Positions 38,867-48,564 of a stretch of DNA of 64,000 bases are shown here, piece by piece. Made by a program: the position numbers and the translations under genes. The notes under the pieces are model-generated. The model worked only from the letters and a program-made list of their open reading frames with translations, was not told the DNA's origin and did not search any database. Source of the stretch: Myxococcota bacterium (GTDB lineage: Bacteria; Myxococcota_A; UBA796; UBA2385); the NCBI GenBank assembly GCA_044344255.1, contig JBIJDH010000002.1, positions 512,001 to 576,000 on the forward strand, in the 5' to 3' direction. Position 1 is the first letter of the stretch. Each line of letters opens with the position of its first letter.

Positions 38867-39402
38867 CCCTCCTGTGGGTCCTCGCGCTGTCCTGTCGCCG
38901 CGCCGGACCCCCTCAGTCGGAGCTCGAAGAGGCTGTGGAGCTCCTGCCCCCCCTCCGGAGCGTCGCGGGTGTGGTGACGGACGGGACCTTCGAAGACTCG
39001 GAGCTGCGCTATTCTTTGAAGGTCGGTGAGGGTTGGCAGGCCCGGCCGGGCTGGGTCGGCGACGCTCGGCGACTTGAGCTCGAGCATGTCGAGACCGCGG
39101 CTCGGATCGAGATTTGGCGGGTGGAGGTTGAGCTATTCCCCTTACGCCCCGATTGCATGTGGACCTTCCGCGACTCGGGCCCCTACCTGACCGTCGTGGA
39201 CTCGACACCGGCGGGAGAGACGGCCACGATTGGGACGTGCGTACCGGATGATCCCCACAAAGCGAGGATCCTCGCCTGGGTGATCCGCGCGGAGCATGAC
39301 ACGACGCGCACCCTTCGGGTGGAGCTCCACGCACCGACGGATGCCATGCTTCACGCGCACAAGGACGCCCTCAGGCTGATCACAGAGCTGCTCTGGCCCT
39401 GA
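38863..39402 (+). CDS. Hypothetical lipoprotein
   Basis: 'MTLLWVLALSC' lipobox. ATGA overlap with the upstream gene. Confidence 0.6.
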   Translation: MTLLWVLALSCRRAGPPQSELEEAVELLPPLRSVAGVVTDGTFEDSELRYSLKVGEGWQARPGWVGDARRLELEHVETAARIEIWRVEVELFPLRPDCMWTFRDSGPYLTVVDSTPAGETATIGTCVPDDPHKARILAWVIRAEHDTTRTLRVELHAPTDAMLHAHKDALRLITELLWP

Positions 39403-39441
39403 GGCTTCAGGCCAGAGCACCGTGCCATTACCCTCCGGCGA

Positions 39442-41157
39442 TCAAAGACGCCGGCGGAGGAAGAGCAGCGCCAAGGGCAACGTGAACAGCACGGTGTTGC
39501 CGCCCGGGATCCCGGTGGTCCCGCAGCCGCCCGAGCAGCTGCTCGTATCTCCACCGCAGCCGCCGCAACCCTCGCCGCTCGAGTACGTGACCGGCCCCAG
39601 CCAAGCGTAGGCGCCGAGCCAATCCTGATCATCGCCCGCGGGGGCAAGTTGGAGATCGGTGAGCCCGTAGCCGCTGATTGAGGGCAAGGCGATGGCGAGG
39701 CCGGAGACCAGGCTCGAGATGATGGGCTCGATCAGCCCGCCGATGCTGCTCTGGAAGGTGGATTCGATCGTCGGGTTGTCATCCGGGTGGAATTCGTTGT
39801 CCACCACGGTCGGCACGAGATCCTCACCGGCGAGGATGACCTCCGCGTTCAGGCTCCCGGTGGTCCCGTCGAGCGCGAGGTTCACCCCGGCATCGACGCC
39901 GAGGTTGATGCCGACCACCTTGGTCTGGCGGTAGGCCACGGGAGCGTAGATGTCCAGGCCCAGATCGTCGATGTGGACACCGACGTCGTTCTCCGTGGCG
40001 AACTGCAGCACCGGCGCAGCCTCGGGCCGGGTCAAGATCAAGATCTCCTCCGACTCGGGGAAGAGATCGTCGAAGACATTGCCGGTCAGCGATCCGAGGA
40101 TGTCCGTGCTGAGGGCGAAGCCGGTCAGCTCCTCGTCCACGGTTTGACAGAGCATCCCGCCGCGCCACAGCGCGTAGAGCGCCTGATTGCCGATGTCGTC
40201 GGACAGGTTCACGCCGATGTGGTAGTCCGGATCGACCCCTGTGGGCGCGCTGCCCATCGCCGGGGGGGCTGACTCCGTGGCGAGCGAGCCCCCGGGGTCG
40301 TAGGCCGCGACACACTCTGCCGCGGTGTCGGTGCCCATGGAGCCGTCCATGACGAGCCGAGCGCCTGCTGGCGTGACCTCGATGTCAGCGGGGTACAGCT
40401 CCAAGTTGAGCAAGATGCCGTTGACGTCCAGGGCCTGGCTGATCGTGGCCGAGGCGAACGCGTCTTCGATCAAGGTCTCGATCTGCGGTCCAAATCCCGA
40501 GACGGCGTCGAGCAGGTAGGGCTCAGCGAAGGTCAAGATGAGGTCGTAGATGTTGAGACCGAAGAAGTCCAGGACGTCTGCCACCACGCCGATCACGCAG
40601 TTGTCCAGATGAATCTGGTCGCCGGTGAGACCCAGGTCGAGCACGATGTCGCTGACCGTGGCGTCCAGCACCGGACCGTCGGCACCCTCCACGACGTCGA
40701 GGCCAAGGGTGGTGGTCACGTGCACGGTGAAGGGGTCGACGTATCCGTCGCAGGTGTCGCCAATGCACTCCAAGGCCACGTACATGGCCATGGGGTCAGA
40801 CGAGCTGTTGACCGCCACGGTGAGGTCGATGTCGACCGCGAGGTAGCCCGTCTGCGGCGTGATGTGGGCGCTGTTGATCGCGACCGAGGCTTTGCCGTTG
40901 CTGAGCGAGTACTCGTAGCCGCCGAGCAGGCAGGCCGGGAAGCTCGCGTTACTCGACGCGCCCATCGCGGGGATGTCGATCGCCCCTGGAATGAAGCCCG
41001 GCAACAGCCCAGTGATCGCCTCGAAACCATCCGGAGTAATGTCGGCCACCGCCGCATCTTCGATGGTGGCCCCTGGCGCGTGAGTTCCCGCCAGTGTGAA
41101 CCCCGGGATGGAGAACATCAGGATCGCGGCGCCAATTCTCAGCGAGGGGTGGGTCAC
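39442..41157 (-). CDS. Secreted protein, possible BPI/LBP-like lipid-binding fold, with MYXO-CTERM-like sorting tail (start uncertain)
   Basis: Signal peptide and acidic beta-rich body. C-terminus 'GCGGCGG..SSCSGGCG', hydrophobic helix, then 'RRRL'. Confidence 0.65.
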   Translation of the reverse strand: MTHPSLRIGAAILMFSIPGFTLAGTHAPGATIEDAAVADITPDGFEAITGLLPGFIPGAIDIPAMGASSNASFPACLLGGYEYSLSNGKASVAINSAHITPQTGYLAVDIDLTVAVNSSSDPMAMYVALECIGDTCDGYVDPFTVHVTTTLGLDVVEGADGPVLDATVSDIVLDLGLTGDQIHLDNCVIGVVADVLDFFGLNIYDLILTFAEPYLLDAVSGFGPQIETLIEDAFASATISQALDVNGILLNLELYPADIEVTPAGARLVMDGSMGTDTAAECVAAYDPGGSLATESAPPAMGSAPTGVDPDYHIGVNLSDDIGNQALYALWRGGMLCQTVDEELTGFALSTDILGSLTGNVFDDLFPESEEILILTRPEAAPVLQFATENDVGVHIDDLGLDIYAPVAYRQTKVVGINLGVDAGVNLALDGTTGSLNAEVILAGEDLVPTVVDNEFHPDDNPTIESTFQSSIGGLIEPIISSLVSGLAIALPSISGYGLTDLQLAPAGDDQDWLGAYAWLGPVTYSSGEGCGGCGGDTSSCSGGCGTTGIPGGNTVLFTLPLALLFLRRRL

Positions 41158-41221
41158 GACGGCCTCAGGGATACGGGAGCGTCGCCTATCGTAGCGCCCG
41201 CGGAGGCCCTGCGCCATCGAA

Positions 41222-41869
41222 TCAAGCCGAGAGCGAACGAATGTGAAGGTAGCGTGCCCCCGCCGCCGCTGCCGCCGCGCCATCCGTGTCGTCCCGGTCA
41301 CCGATGTGGAGGAGACGCCCCGGAGTCACCCCGAGCTGGGCCGCTGCGGCAAAGAGGCCGTCGGGCTGTGGCTTGAAGGCGCCCAGCGCCCGACAGTCAA
41401 CGACGCAAGACCAGCCATCAAGGTCCAAGGCTCGAAGTTTATCCAAGGCGGGGAAGTCGCTCACCACGGCGCGGGGCAGGCCGCGCACGTCGACAGCCTT
41501 GATCAAGGCTGCCACCTCTGGGCGGACCCCACCGAACCGGAAGACCGATGGCCACCGGATGTCGAGCTCGTCGTGGAGCACCTCCCGGATCCGATCGGGC
41601 GATCCGCCAACGCGAAGTCCGACACGGCGGGCCAACTCGAGCTCGGCGTCGAGGACCCGCTCGTGCCGAAGCTCGTCTACGGCCCGGCCGTGCGCCAGCA
41701 GGATCCGGGGGTGGACCAGGAGGCGGGGCCAGGATCGGAGGAGCAAGGGGCCGGTGTCGACCAGCGTCCCGTCCAGATCAAAGGTCACAGCCTCCACACC
41801 GTGGAGCAGCGTCGAACAGCGTTGAGGATCCAGGGGCCCCCCCTCCTTGACGGGTCCAGAAGCTATCAT
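41222..41869 (-). CDS. HAD superfamily hydrolase (start uncertain)
   Basis: 'FDLDGTL', 'VVSD', 'KPQP', 'HIGDRDDTD'. Confidence 0.85.
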   Translation of the reverse strand: MIASGPVKEGGPLDPQRCSTLLHGVEAVTFDLDGTLVDTGPLLLRSWPRLLVHPRILLAHGRAVDELRHERVLDAELELARRVGLRVGGSPDRIREVLHDELDIRWPSVFRFGGVRPEVAALIKAVDVRGLPRAVVSDFPALDKLRALDLDGWSCVVDCRALGAFKPQPDGLFAAAAQLGVTPGRLLHIGDRDDTDGAAAAAAGARYLHIRSLSA

Positions 41870-42092
41870 TATAGGCACTGCGCTTCGGACAGCTGGTTGA
41901 GCTGGTTCGCGATGCGAAGGGGTTCCTTGGGTTCCCTTCGTATGGGACTTGTTGAAGTGGCATGTGCGGGGTCCTCGGGCCATGGCTTGGGGCGTTCAGG
42001 TAGGCACATGGTGAAACCATGGGTTGCCTGAACACGAAGCTCGCGATAAGGAAGAGAAACACTCTGAAGAGAGTGCGCTGCGGTTGAAACAA

Positions 42093-42165
42093 GGCCAGGT
42101 AGCTCAGTTGGTAGAGCAGGGGACTGAAAATCCCCGTGTCGGCGGTTCAATTCCGTCTCTGGCCA
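42093..42165 (+). tRNA. tRNA-Phe (GAA); CCA end not fully encoded
   Basis: Acceptor GGCCAGG/TCTGGCC-A, D arm GCTC..GAGC, anticodon arm GGGGA-CTGAAAA-TCCCC, T loop GGTTCAATTCC. Followed by CCT. Confidence 0.98.
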
Positions 42166-42176
42166 CCTTTTTCTCA

Positions 42177-42485
42177 TTGCTCGTCTGCACCCTGCTTGGA
42201 TGTTCAAGTCAGGATGATTGCGAAGAGCTATGTACCCGCACCGCCAATCGCTTGTCTACCTGTATCGCTGGTTGGCCTACCGTTTGGGACGACTTTGGCG
42301 CCACGGGTCGGCGATCCTACATCAACGGTTGCCAGAATCGTTGGGCCGAAGTCCGTATTGATCTGGAGCCCCGTGAGCTGGACGACGCGTTGGACCAATG
42401 CCAGGAGAGCCTCGACGCCCTCGACCAGATGAAGGACGATGGCGAAACCTGCGCCGACCTGCGGGCCCTCTTCTTGCTCCGTTGA
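42177..42485 (+). CDS. Small Cys-rich helical lipoprotein (start uncertain; the frame is open through the tRNA)
   Basis: 'LLVCTLLGC' lipobox, then six further Cys, including 'CEELC'. Confidence 0.6.
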   Translation: MLVCTLLGCSSQDDCEELCTRTANRLSTCIAGWPTVWDDFGATGRRSYINGCQNRWAEVRIDLEPRELDDALDQCQESLDALDQMKDDGETCADLRALFLLR

Positions 42486-42548
42486 CATCGCCGCAGTCGA
42501 GCGCCGTTCCTGGACTGTCTCGCCGCCGATGAGGCGACCGAGCGCCGC

Positions 42549-43946
42549 CTAGTCGTAGATCACCTCGCGGCGGGAGATCCCTAGGCGGTGAATTCGATAG
42601 TTCAGATTTGAACGGGAGATTCCGAGGAGCTTCGCCGCTCGGGCCTGCACTCCATCCTCCTTGCGGAGCGCGTCGATGATCAGACGCCGCTCGTAGACCT
42701 CGAGCGCTGCGCCCAACGTCCCGCTGCAGGTTGTGGGCTCCGGCAGGGCCGGCGGACGAGGGGTTGCTGGCACCGCCTCCTCCTCTCCCAGCCGGATGTC
42801 GGTGATCTCCTCGCCAGGGCTTAGGATCACGGCTCGCTCCAAGGTGTGCTCCAGCTCCCGGACGTTGCCCGGCCAGGAGTAGGCGAGCATCGCCTCGAGG
42901 GCCGCGGGAGAGACGCGGCGAGCGGGGCGCTGGTGTCGGACCGCGAAGCGCTGGATGAAGTGCTCCACCAACAGCGGGATGTCGTCCCGACGTTGGTGCA
43001 GCGCGGGAAGTGGAATGTGGAACACGTTGAGTCGGTAGTAGAGATCCTCCCGAAAACGTCCCTCTCTAACCTCCTTTCTCAAATCTCGATTGGTGGCCGC
43101 CACGACCCGGACGTCCACCCGGATCACCTCCGAGCCGCCCACCCGCTGAAGCTCGCCTGACTCCAGCACCCGCAAGAGCCGCACTTGTGTCGCGAGCGGG
43201 ATCTCGCCGATCTCGTCGAGAAGGAGAGTCCCTCCGGCCGCCTGCTCGAAGCGCCCCCGGTGCTGGCGAACCGCACCGGTGAAGGCGCCCTTCTCGTGCC
43301 CGAAGAGCTCAGACTCGAGCAGGCCTTCAGGGAGCGCTGCGCAATTGACTCCAACAAAGGCGCCTTCATGACGAGGGCTCCGGTAGTGGATGGCGTGAGC
43401 GATGAGCTCCTTCCCGGTGCCGGTGGGCCCCGTGATCAGGACCAAGGCGTCCGAGGTCGCTACCGCAGACACCAACGTATAGACTTCGCGCATCGCCGAT
43501 GTCTGCCCGATCACCCGCTCGAAGCCGTAGCGATCGGCGAGCTCGGCGCGGAGCTGGACGACTTCCTTCTCGAGCGCGCGGTTTCTCAGCGCCCGTTCGA
43601 GGATGACCAGGAGCTCATCCTTACTGACCGGCTTGATGATGTAGTCGGCCGCGCCGGAACGCATGGCATGAACTGCGTCTTCGATGCTGCCGCCACCCGT
43701 CATCATCACGACCGGCACGGTGGGCCATTGCGCTTTCACGGACTGAAGGAGGGCGCTCCCCCCTCCGCCGGGCATCTTCACGTCGCTCAGGACGAGAGAG
43801 CATGGGCGCTCGGTCATCACTGCGAGCGCCTCCTCCGCGTTCTCCGCCAGCACGACTTCGTAGCCGGCCTTCGACAGGTTCACGCGCAATGCGCTTCGGA
43901 CCGCCCGATCATCGTCGACGACGAGGAGGCGGGCTCCGCTGGTCAC
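42549..43946 (-). CDS. Sigma-54-dependent NtrC-family response regulator
   Basis: Receiver 'LVVDDD..SDVKMP..KP', Walker A 'GPTGTGKE', '[15 protein letters not shown]', 'WPGNVREL', Fis-type HTH. GTGA overlap with the sppA stop. Confidence 0.95.
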   Translation of the reverse strand: MTSGARLLVVDDDRAVRSALRVNLSKAGYEVVLAENAEEALAVMTERPCSLVLSDVKMPGGGGSALLQSVKAQWPTVPVVMMTGGGSIEDAVHAMRSGAADYIIKPVSKDELLVILERALRNRALEKEVVQLRAELADRYGFERVIGQTSAMREVYTLVSAVATSDALVLITGPTGTGKELIAHAIHYRSPRHEGAFVGVNCAALPEGLLESELFGHEKGAFTGAVRQHRGRFEQAAGGTLLLDEIGEIPLATQVRLLRVLESGELQRVGGSEVIRVDVRVVAATNRDLRKEVREGRFREDLYYRLNVFHIPLPALHQRRDDIPLLVEHFIQRFAVRHQRPARRVSPAALEAMLAYSWPGNVRELEHTLERAVILSPGEEITDIRLGEEEAVPATPRPPALPEPTTCSGTLGAALEVYERRLIIDALRKEDGVQARAAKLLGISRSNLNYRIHRLGISRREVIYD

Positions 43947-46423
43947 CGGACTTCCAAGCGATACGGAAGGAGCATCCAAACCTTTTCGTCGGACAGGCGC
44001 CTCATGTCCTCAAGGGCCTGAAGAGTCTCGGGCATGGCAGGGCTCCGCGCCGTGAGCCGGTCTTGCAGGCCGAGCTCCGCCGCGCGGACGGCCTGGGTCA
44101 CGAGCTCACCGCTCGCGAGAGGGTAGGCACCGTAGGAGATCAGCTCGACATGCACGTTCTCCGAGATTCCGGCCTCCCTGCGCGCCCTCGCCACCGCGTC
44201 AGCGAACCCGCCGAGCTCATCGACCAGCCCGTTCTGCTTGGCCGCCTGGCCGGACCACACCCTCCCGCGGGCGACGGCCTCCACCTGCGACTCGTCCAGG
44301 GAGCGGCCCTTCATGACCCGGTCCTTGAACTGTCGGTAGGTCTCGCCGACCATCCGATCCATCGCGGCAAACTCGATGTCGTCCATCGGGTGGGACATCG
44401 ACCACATCGCGGCGTTCCGTCCCCGCTTGTAGATTTCGGAGCCCACACCCAGCTTCTCGTAGAGGGACTCCAGATTGAACTTGCCAGAATAGACGCCGAT
44501 GCTCCCCGTGATAGTCGAAGGTAGGGCGTAGATCGCGGTCGCTCCGGCCGCGACGTAGTATCCGCCCGATGCCGCCAGCCCGCCCATCGAGACGACCACA
44601 GGCTTGTCCGCTTCTTGAACACGGCTGATCGCCCGGTAGATCTCGTCCGAGGCGAAGGCGCTGCCCCCTGGGCTATCGACGCGGAGAACGACAGCTTTGA
44701 CGCTATCATCGCCGCGGGCCTGTTCGAGCTGCCGGACGACGGTGTCGCCCCCGGTGACCGCGGATCCGCCCCCGAGCAGGCCGCCGCTGTAGCCGGATTC
44801 GCCTGTGACGATCTCGCCGACGACGTAGATCACGGCGATCTCACGGCTGGCCCGCCAACCGTTGGCCGCGTCCTCGACACCATAGCTCTCGTCGAAGTTG
44901 GCCTCGCCATCGAAGGCGGCATCGACCTCTTTCTCGAACTCGTCTGGGTACGCCAAGCGGTCCACCAGTCCCTTCTCCAGCGCCTCGGCCGCGGTATACG
45001 GGCCGCCGTCCACCAGCTTCAGGATCTGCTCGTCCGTCTTGCCTCGGGAGTCGGCGATCCCCCGGCGCCAGGCTGCCGACAGATCGTCGACGAGGGACTC
45101 CATCTCCTCGCGCGTCCCCGGCGAAGCCTCGCTTGACGTGTACTGCTCTGGGCCCGACTTGTACTCGGAGCGACGAGCGAATTGGGCCTTAACTCCGACG
45201 AGATCCAAGGTCGATCGGAAGAACTGCAGCTCCATCGACAGCCCGATCAGGCTCAGCTCCCCCGCGGGGTGGAGGAATACCTTGTCTGCGGATGCGGCCA
45301 ACAGATAAGCACCGTTTGACGTCGCCTTGTCCAGGTAGACGTAGATGGGCTTCTTGTTCAGCTTGGCGACCGCGAGGACAGCTCGCAGCTCCTCAATTTG
45401 GGCCAGCGAGAAGGGTGTAGCGTCCAACTCCAGGACGATCCCGTCCACACCGGGATCGCGGGCGGCGCGCTCCAGGCGCTGGAGGAGGTGGAGGTAGCTC
45501 TCCGCCGATTCACCCAGAAAGAAGGCGGATGGCGGATTGTAGGGGTAAGAGTCCGCAATCCGGAATGTGGGCACCCTGTGCCCGTGGCCGATCAAGCGCT
45601 CCTCCGGCGCCGTCGACGCGCCGTACAGGGCGAGGTTCGCGACGCCACCGTTGGTCGGCAGGTATCCGTGGGCCCCCATGCCAGATCGTCCGAAATAGAT
45701 CTCGAGGCCAGCGCCGAGCGTGCCCACTTGGTCGACGGAACCTCGGACCACCAAGCCTTCTCTCGGGTGAAGGCGGAGGTTCGCTGCGAAGGCCCCAGGG
45801 GTCGTCACGTTGTTCGACAAGAGGTAGTCCAGGCCCAGCGTGACCTTGTCGCCCCAAGGCCGGAAGGCCACAGCAGGGCCAAAACGAGGGTCTACCCTGG
45901 CTTGGTCGCTGCCCACGTTGCGGGAGACCGCGGACATACCAAACCAGGTGAGCGGTCGCCAGGACGCACCCAGATCCCACAACGCAAAATTCTGTTGGTC
46001 ACCCTCAGGGATTTGCCAGCCCACAGCTCCACCGATCCCAAATTGCTGATCCAGGCGTAGGGACAGCGCAGCGGAGAGGGACCACCACGCGGGCACAGTC
46101 CCATCGACCGACGCGCTGCGGTAGCTGAGTCCGGCGCCCAGCGGGCCCAAGTTGGTGGCCATCGCGAGGCGGCCGGGGGCGTCCTGATCGACGTTCTGCT
46201 GGTACAGGATGAACCAGGACGGGGAGGGGTCCAACGCGAGGTTCGCGGGATTGCTCCAAAGTGCGGCCGCGCCATCGTCGCCAGCGGTGGACCACGACGG
46301 GAGGGTAGGGCGCTCAGCGGAGGCCTCCACCGCGCGAGCCGGCGCCGCGGTCAGGGCCGCGACCAGGAGAGAGATCAGGCCCGCCCGGTTTCCTTGGCGG
46401 TGCTCTTCGGGCTGACCGGGCAT
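43943..46423 (-). CDS. sppA: Signal peptide peptidase SppA (two S49 domains) with N-terminal beta-barrel-like domain
   Basis: 'YLLAASADK', 'EYKS', 'RVDSPGGS', 'AASGGY', 'TGSIGV', 'GRVWSG'. N-terminal ~280 aa of alternating beta-strands starting 'ALWSNPANL'. Confidence 0.9.
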   Translation of the reverse strand: MPGQPEEHRQGNRAGLISLLVAALTAAPARAVEASAERPTLPSWSTAGDDGAAALWSNPANLALDPSPSWFILYQQNVDQDAPGRLAMATNLGPLGAGLSYRSASVDGTVPAWWSLSAALSLRLDQQFGIGGAVGWQIPEGDQQNFALWDLGASWRPLTWFGMSAVSRNVGSDQARVDPRFGPAVAFRPWGDKVTLGLDYLLSNNVTTPGAFAANLRLHPREGLVVRGSVDQVGTLGAGLEIYFGRSGMGAHGYLPTNGGVANLALYGASTAPEERLIGHGHRVPTFRIADSYPYNPPSAFFLGESAESYLHLLQRLERAARDPGVDGIVLELDATPFSLAQIEELRAVLAVAKLNKKPIYVYLDKATSNGAYLLAASADKVFLHPAGELSLIGLSMELQFFRSTLDLVGVKAQFARRSEYKSGPEQYTSSEASPGTREEMESLVDDLSAAWRRGIADSRGKTDEQILKLVDGGPYTAAEALEKGLVDRLAYPDEFEKEVDAAFDGEANFDESYGVEDAANGWRASREIAVIYVVGEIVTGESGYSGGLLGGGSAVTGGDTVVRQLEQARGDDSVKAVVLRVDSPGGSAFASDEIYRAISRVQEADKPVVVSMGGLAASGGYYVAAGATAIYALPSTITGSIGVYSGKFNLESLYEKLGVGSEIYKRGRNAAMWSMSHPMDDIEFAAMDRMVGETYRQFKDRVMKGRSLDESQVEAVARGRVWSGQAAKQNGLVDELGGFADAVARARREAGISENVHVELISYGAYPLASGELVTQAVRAAELGLQDRLTARSPAMPETLQALEDMRRLSDEKVWMLLPYRLEVR

Positions 46424-46620
46424 GCGGCGCTCCTTCGGTGCGTTGCACTCTTGCCACACCGGGGCCCAACGTGCCAGGGACTGCCGGCCGGCCGGCCTGC
46501 CGTCCCCGGCCTTCACCGCTTACACTGCGCCCGCCGGCACGCTTCGCGCGCCGGTACAATGTGCCCGCCGATCTCCGCTCACCCTCGCCGCCCTTCGCCT
46601 CCGAGCGCCTCATACACCCC

Positions 46621-48150
46621 ATGAAACTTCGGCTGTTGTCCCTCGGTGCACTCCTGCTGCTCGCACCGGCTCGAGCCGGAGGAGAAGCTCCTGCTGCGGC
46701 TCCTTCGGAGTTCCCCTTGTCTCCGTTGCTCGGCGGCCTGCCCCAAGATCGGCTGTTCCGAGACGCTCAGGTTGCGATGCAGGTGGTTGACGTTGTCACC
46801 GGAGATGAGGTCTACGCGTGGCAGCCCGACACCGCCCTCGTCCCGGCCTCCGTGATGAAGGTGGTGACCTCCGCGGCTGCCCTTCGTACGCTCGGTCCCG
46901 CTTGGCGCTTCAACACCACGCTGTCTCGGGTCGGCGAGGTGGACGAAGACGGCGTGCTGAAGGGTGACCTCTACGTGTCCGGCACCGGCGACCCTACGCT
47001 CGTCGTGGAGAAGCTGTGGAAGCTCGTCCATGACCTCCAGAAGCAGGGCGTGCGCGCGATCGACGGGGACATCATCTTCGATGACTCCTACTTCGACAGC
47101 GAGCACCTGGTGCGAGGGTGGACCAAGAAGGTCGACATTGCGGCCGGTCCTGCCTACTTTGCCCCGATCGGGGCGCTCACGGTGAACCAGAACACCGCCT
47201 GCATCTTGGTGGCGCCGGGGACGCGCGCGGGATCCCCGGCGAGGGTGGAGCTCGACACTCCGTCGGAGCTGGTCGAGATCGTCAACCAGGTCCGCACGGT
47301 GGACCGGGGCAGGAAGGGATGGCTGCGGGTGGAGCGTGAGATCGACGAGAAGTCGGACCGGATCACCTTCACCGTCCGAGGTGAGATCGCCGCAGACGCG
47401 CCGGTCGAGGCCGAGTACCGCGCGGTGGGAGCGCCGCTTCCATGGTTCATGAGCGTGTTTGAAGGTCTGATGCAGGACCAGCGCGTTCCGGTGAAGGGCC
47501 GATACCGGGCCGGGAAGACCCCAAAGGAGGCCGTGGTCGTGACCCGCCTCGCGTCGCAGCCCCTGACCGAAGTGCTGAACCACATGAACAAGTACTCGAG
47601 CAACATCATGGCGGAGTCGGTGCTCAAGGCGATGGGCGCGGAAGCGCATGGCGCGCCGGGAACTGCCGAGAAAGGAGTCAAGGTGGTGGACGCCTACTTG
47701 ACGGGGATCGGGCTGAAGACCGGCGACTACACCTTGGTCAACGGCTCGGGCCTCTCGTTGGACGTTCGCCTCAAGCCATCCCAGATCAACGCCGTGCTCG
47801 TCGACATGAACCGGGACGTCCGCCTCGGACCGGAGTACCTCGCCAGCCTCTCCGTGGCCGGCGTCGACGGCACTCTTCGCCGCCGGTCGGCCCCGACGGG
47901 GATGTCGGGGCGAATGCGCGGAAAGACGGGTAGTATCAATGGAATCTACTGCCTCGCTGGATTCATCACCGGCGCGGACAACCACACTTACGCCTTCACC
48001 ATGCTGGTCAACGGAATGCGGAAGGGCTCAACCGTGCGCGCGTTGCAGGACCGCTTCACCAACTCGCTCCTCGCCGCTGGCGCCACTGTGACCGGCGCGG
48101 AAGAGGGTCCCGATGATGAGGAGGCTCAAGGGGCGGAGCCTCCACCATGA
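46621..48150 (+). CDS. dacB: D-Ala-D-Ala carboxypeptidase/endopeptidase PBP4 (S13)
   Basis: Signal peptide, SxxK 'PASVMK', 'GDPTL', SxN 'SSN', 'NGSGLS', 'KTG'. Confidence 0.95.
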   Translation: MKLRLLSLGALLLLAPARAGGEAPAAAPSEFPLSPLLGGLPQDRLFRDAQVAMQVVDVVTGDEVYAWQPDTALVPASVMKVVTSAAALRTLGPAWRFNTTLSRVGEVDEDGVLKGDLYVSGTGDPTLVVEKLWKLVHDLQKQGVRAIDGDIIFDDSYFDSEHLVRGWTKKVDIAAGPAYFAPIGALTVNQNTACILVAPGTRAGSPARVELDTPSELVEIVNQVRTVDRGRKGWLRVEREIDEKSDRITFTVRGEIAADAPVEAEYRAVGAPLPWFMSVFEGLMQDQRVPVKGRYRAGKTPKEAVVVTRLASQPLTEVLNHMNKYSSNIMAESVLKAMGAEAHGAPGTAEKGVKVVDAYLTGIGLKTGDYTLVNGSGLSLDVRLKPSQINAVLVDMNRDVRLGPEYLASLSVAGVDGTLRRRSAPTGMSGRMRGKTGSINGIYCLAGFITGADNHTYAFTMLVNGMRKGSTVRALQDRFTNSLLAAGATVTGAEEGPDDEEAQGAEPPP

Positions 48151-48564
48151 GGGCGTGTACCGCAGCGGGTGCCTCGCCGGACGGGGAGGACCTCCGCCGA
48201 CCACTTTCAACGGGGGTGGGGGGTGCCCGAGGCAGGGTGGACCGAATATTAGGGTCGGAAGGGATCCGGACCGTGGGGGTCCGGCTGGGGTGGGTCAAGA
48301 TCTGGTGCGTTCCCGGTGAGGCCCAGCGGGGGCGGGTTAGACTGTAGGTGTGGTAGAGCTAGTGCGTGCACCTGGGGTGGACGCACTCTTCTAAGGATTG
48401 TCCAGGATTTCGCTACAACTTGAGCCGCCGGGCCCTCCATGGCCGGCCGAAGCGGGGCGGGGCCCCACCGTGAACCCGCCCGTCCCAGACAGCGCCCGCA
48501 CCCCAGCTCGTCAAGTCAAGCACACGTTTTCAAGCCCGAGAGCTTTCGCAGGGAGATCACCCGG

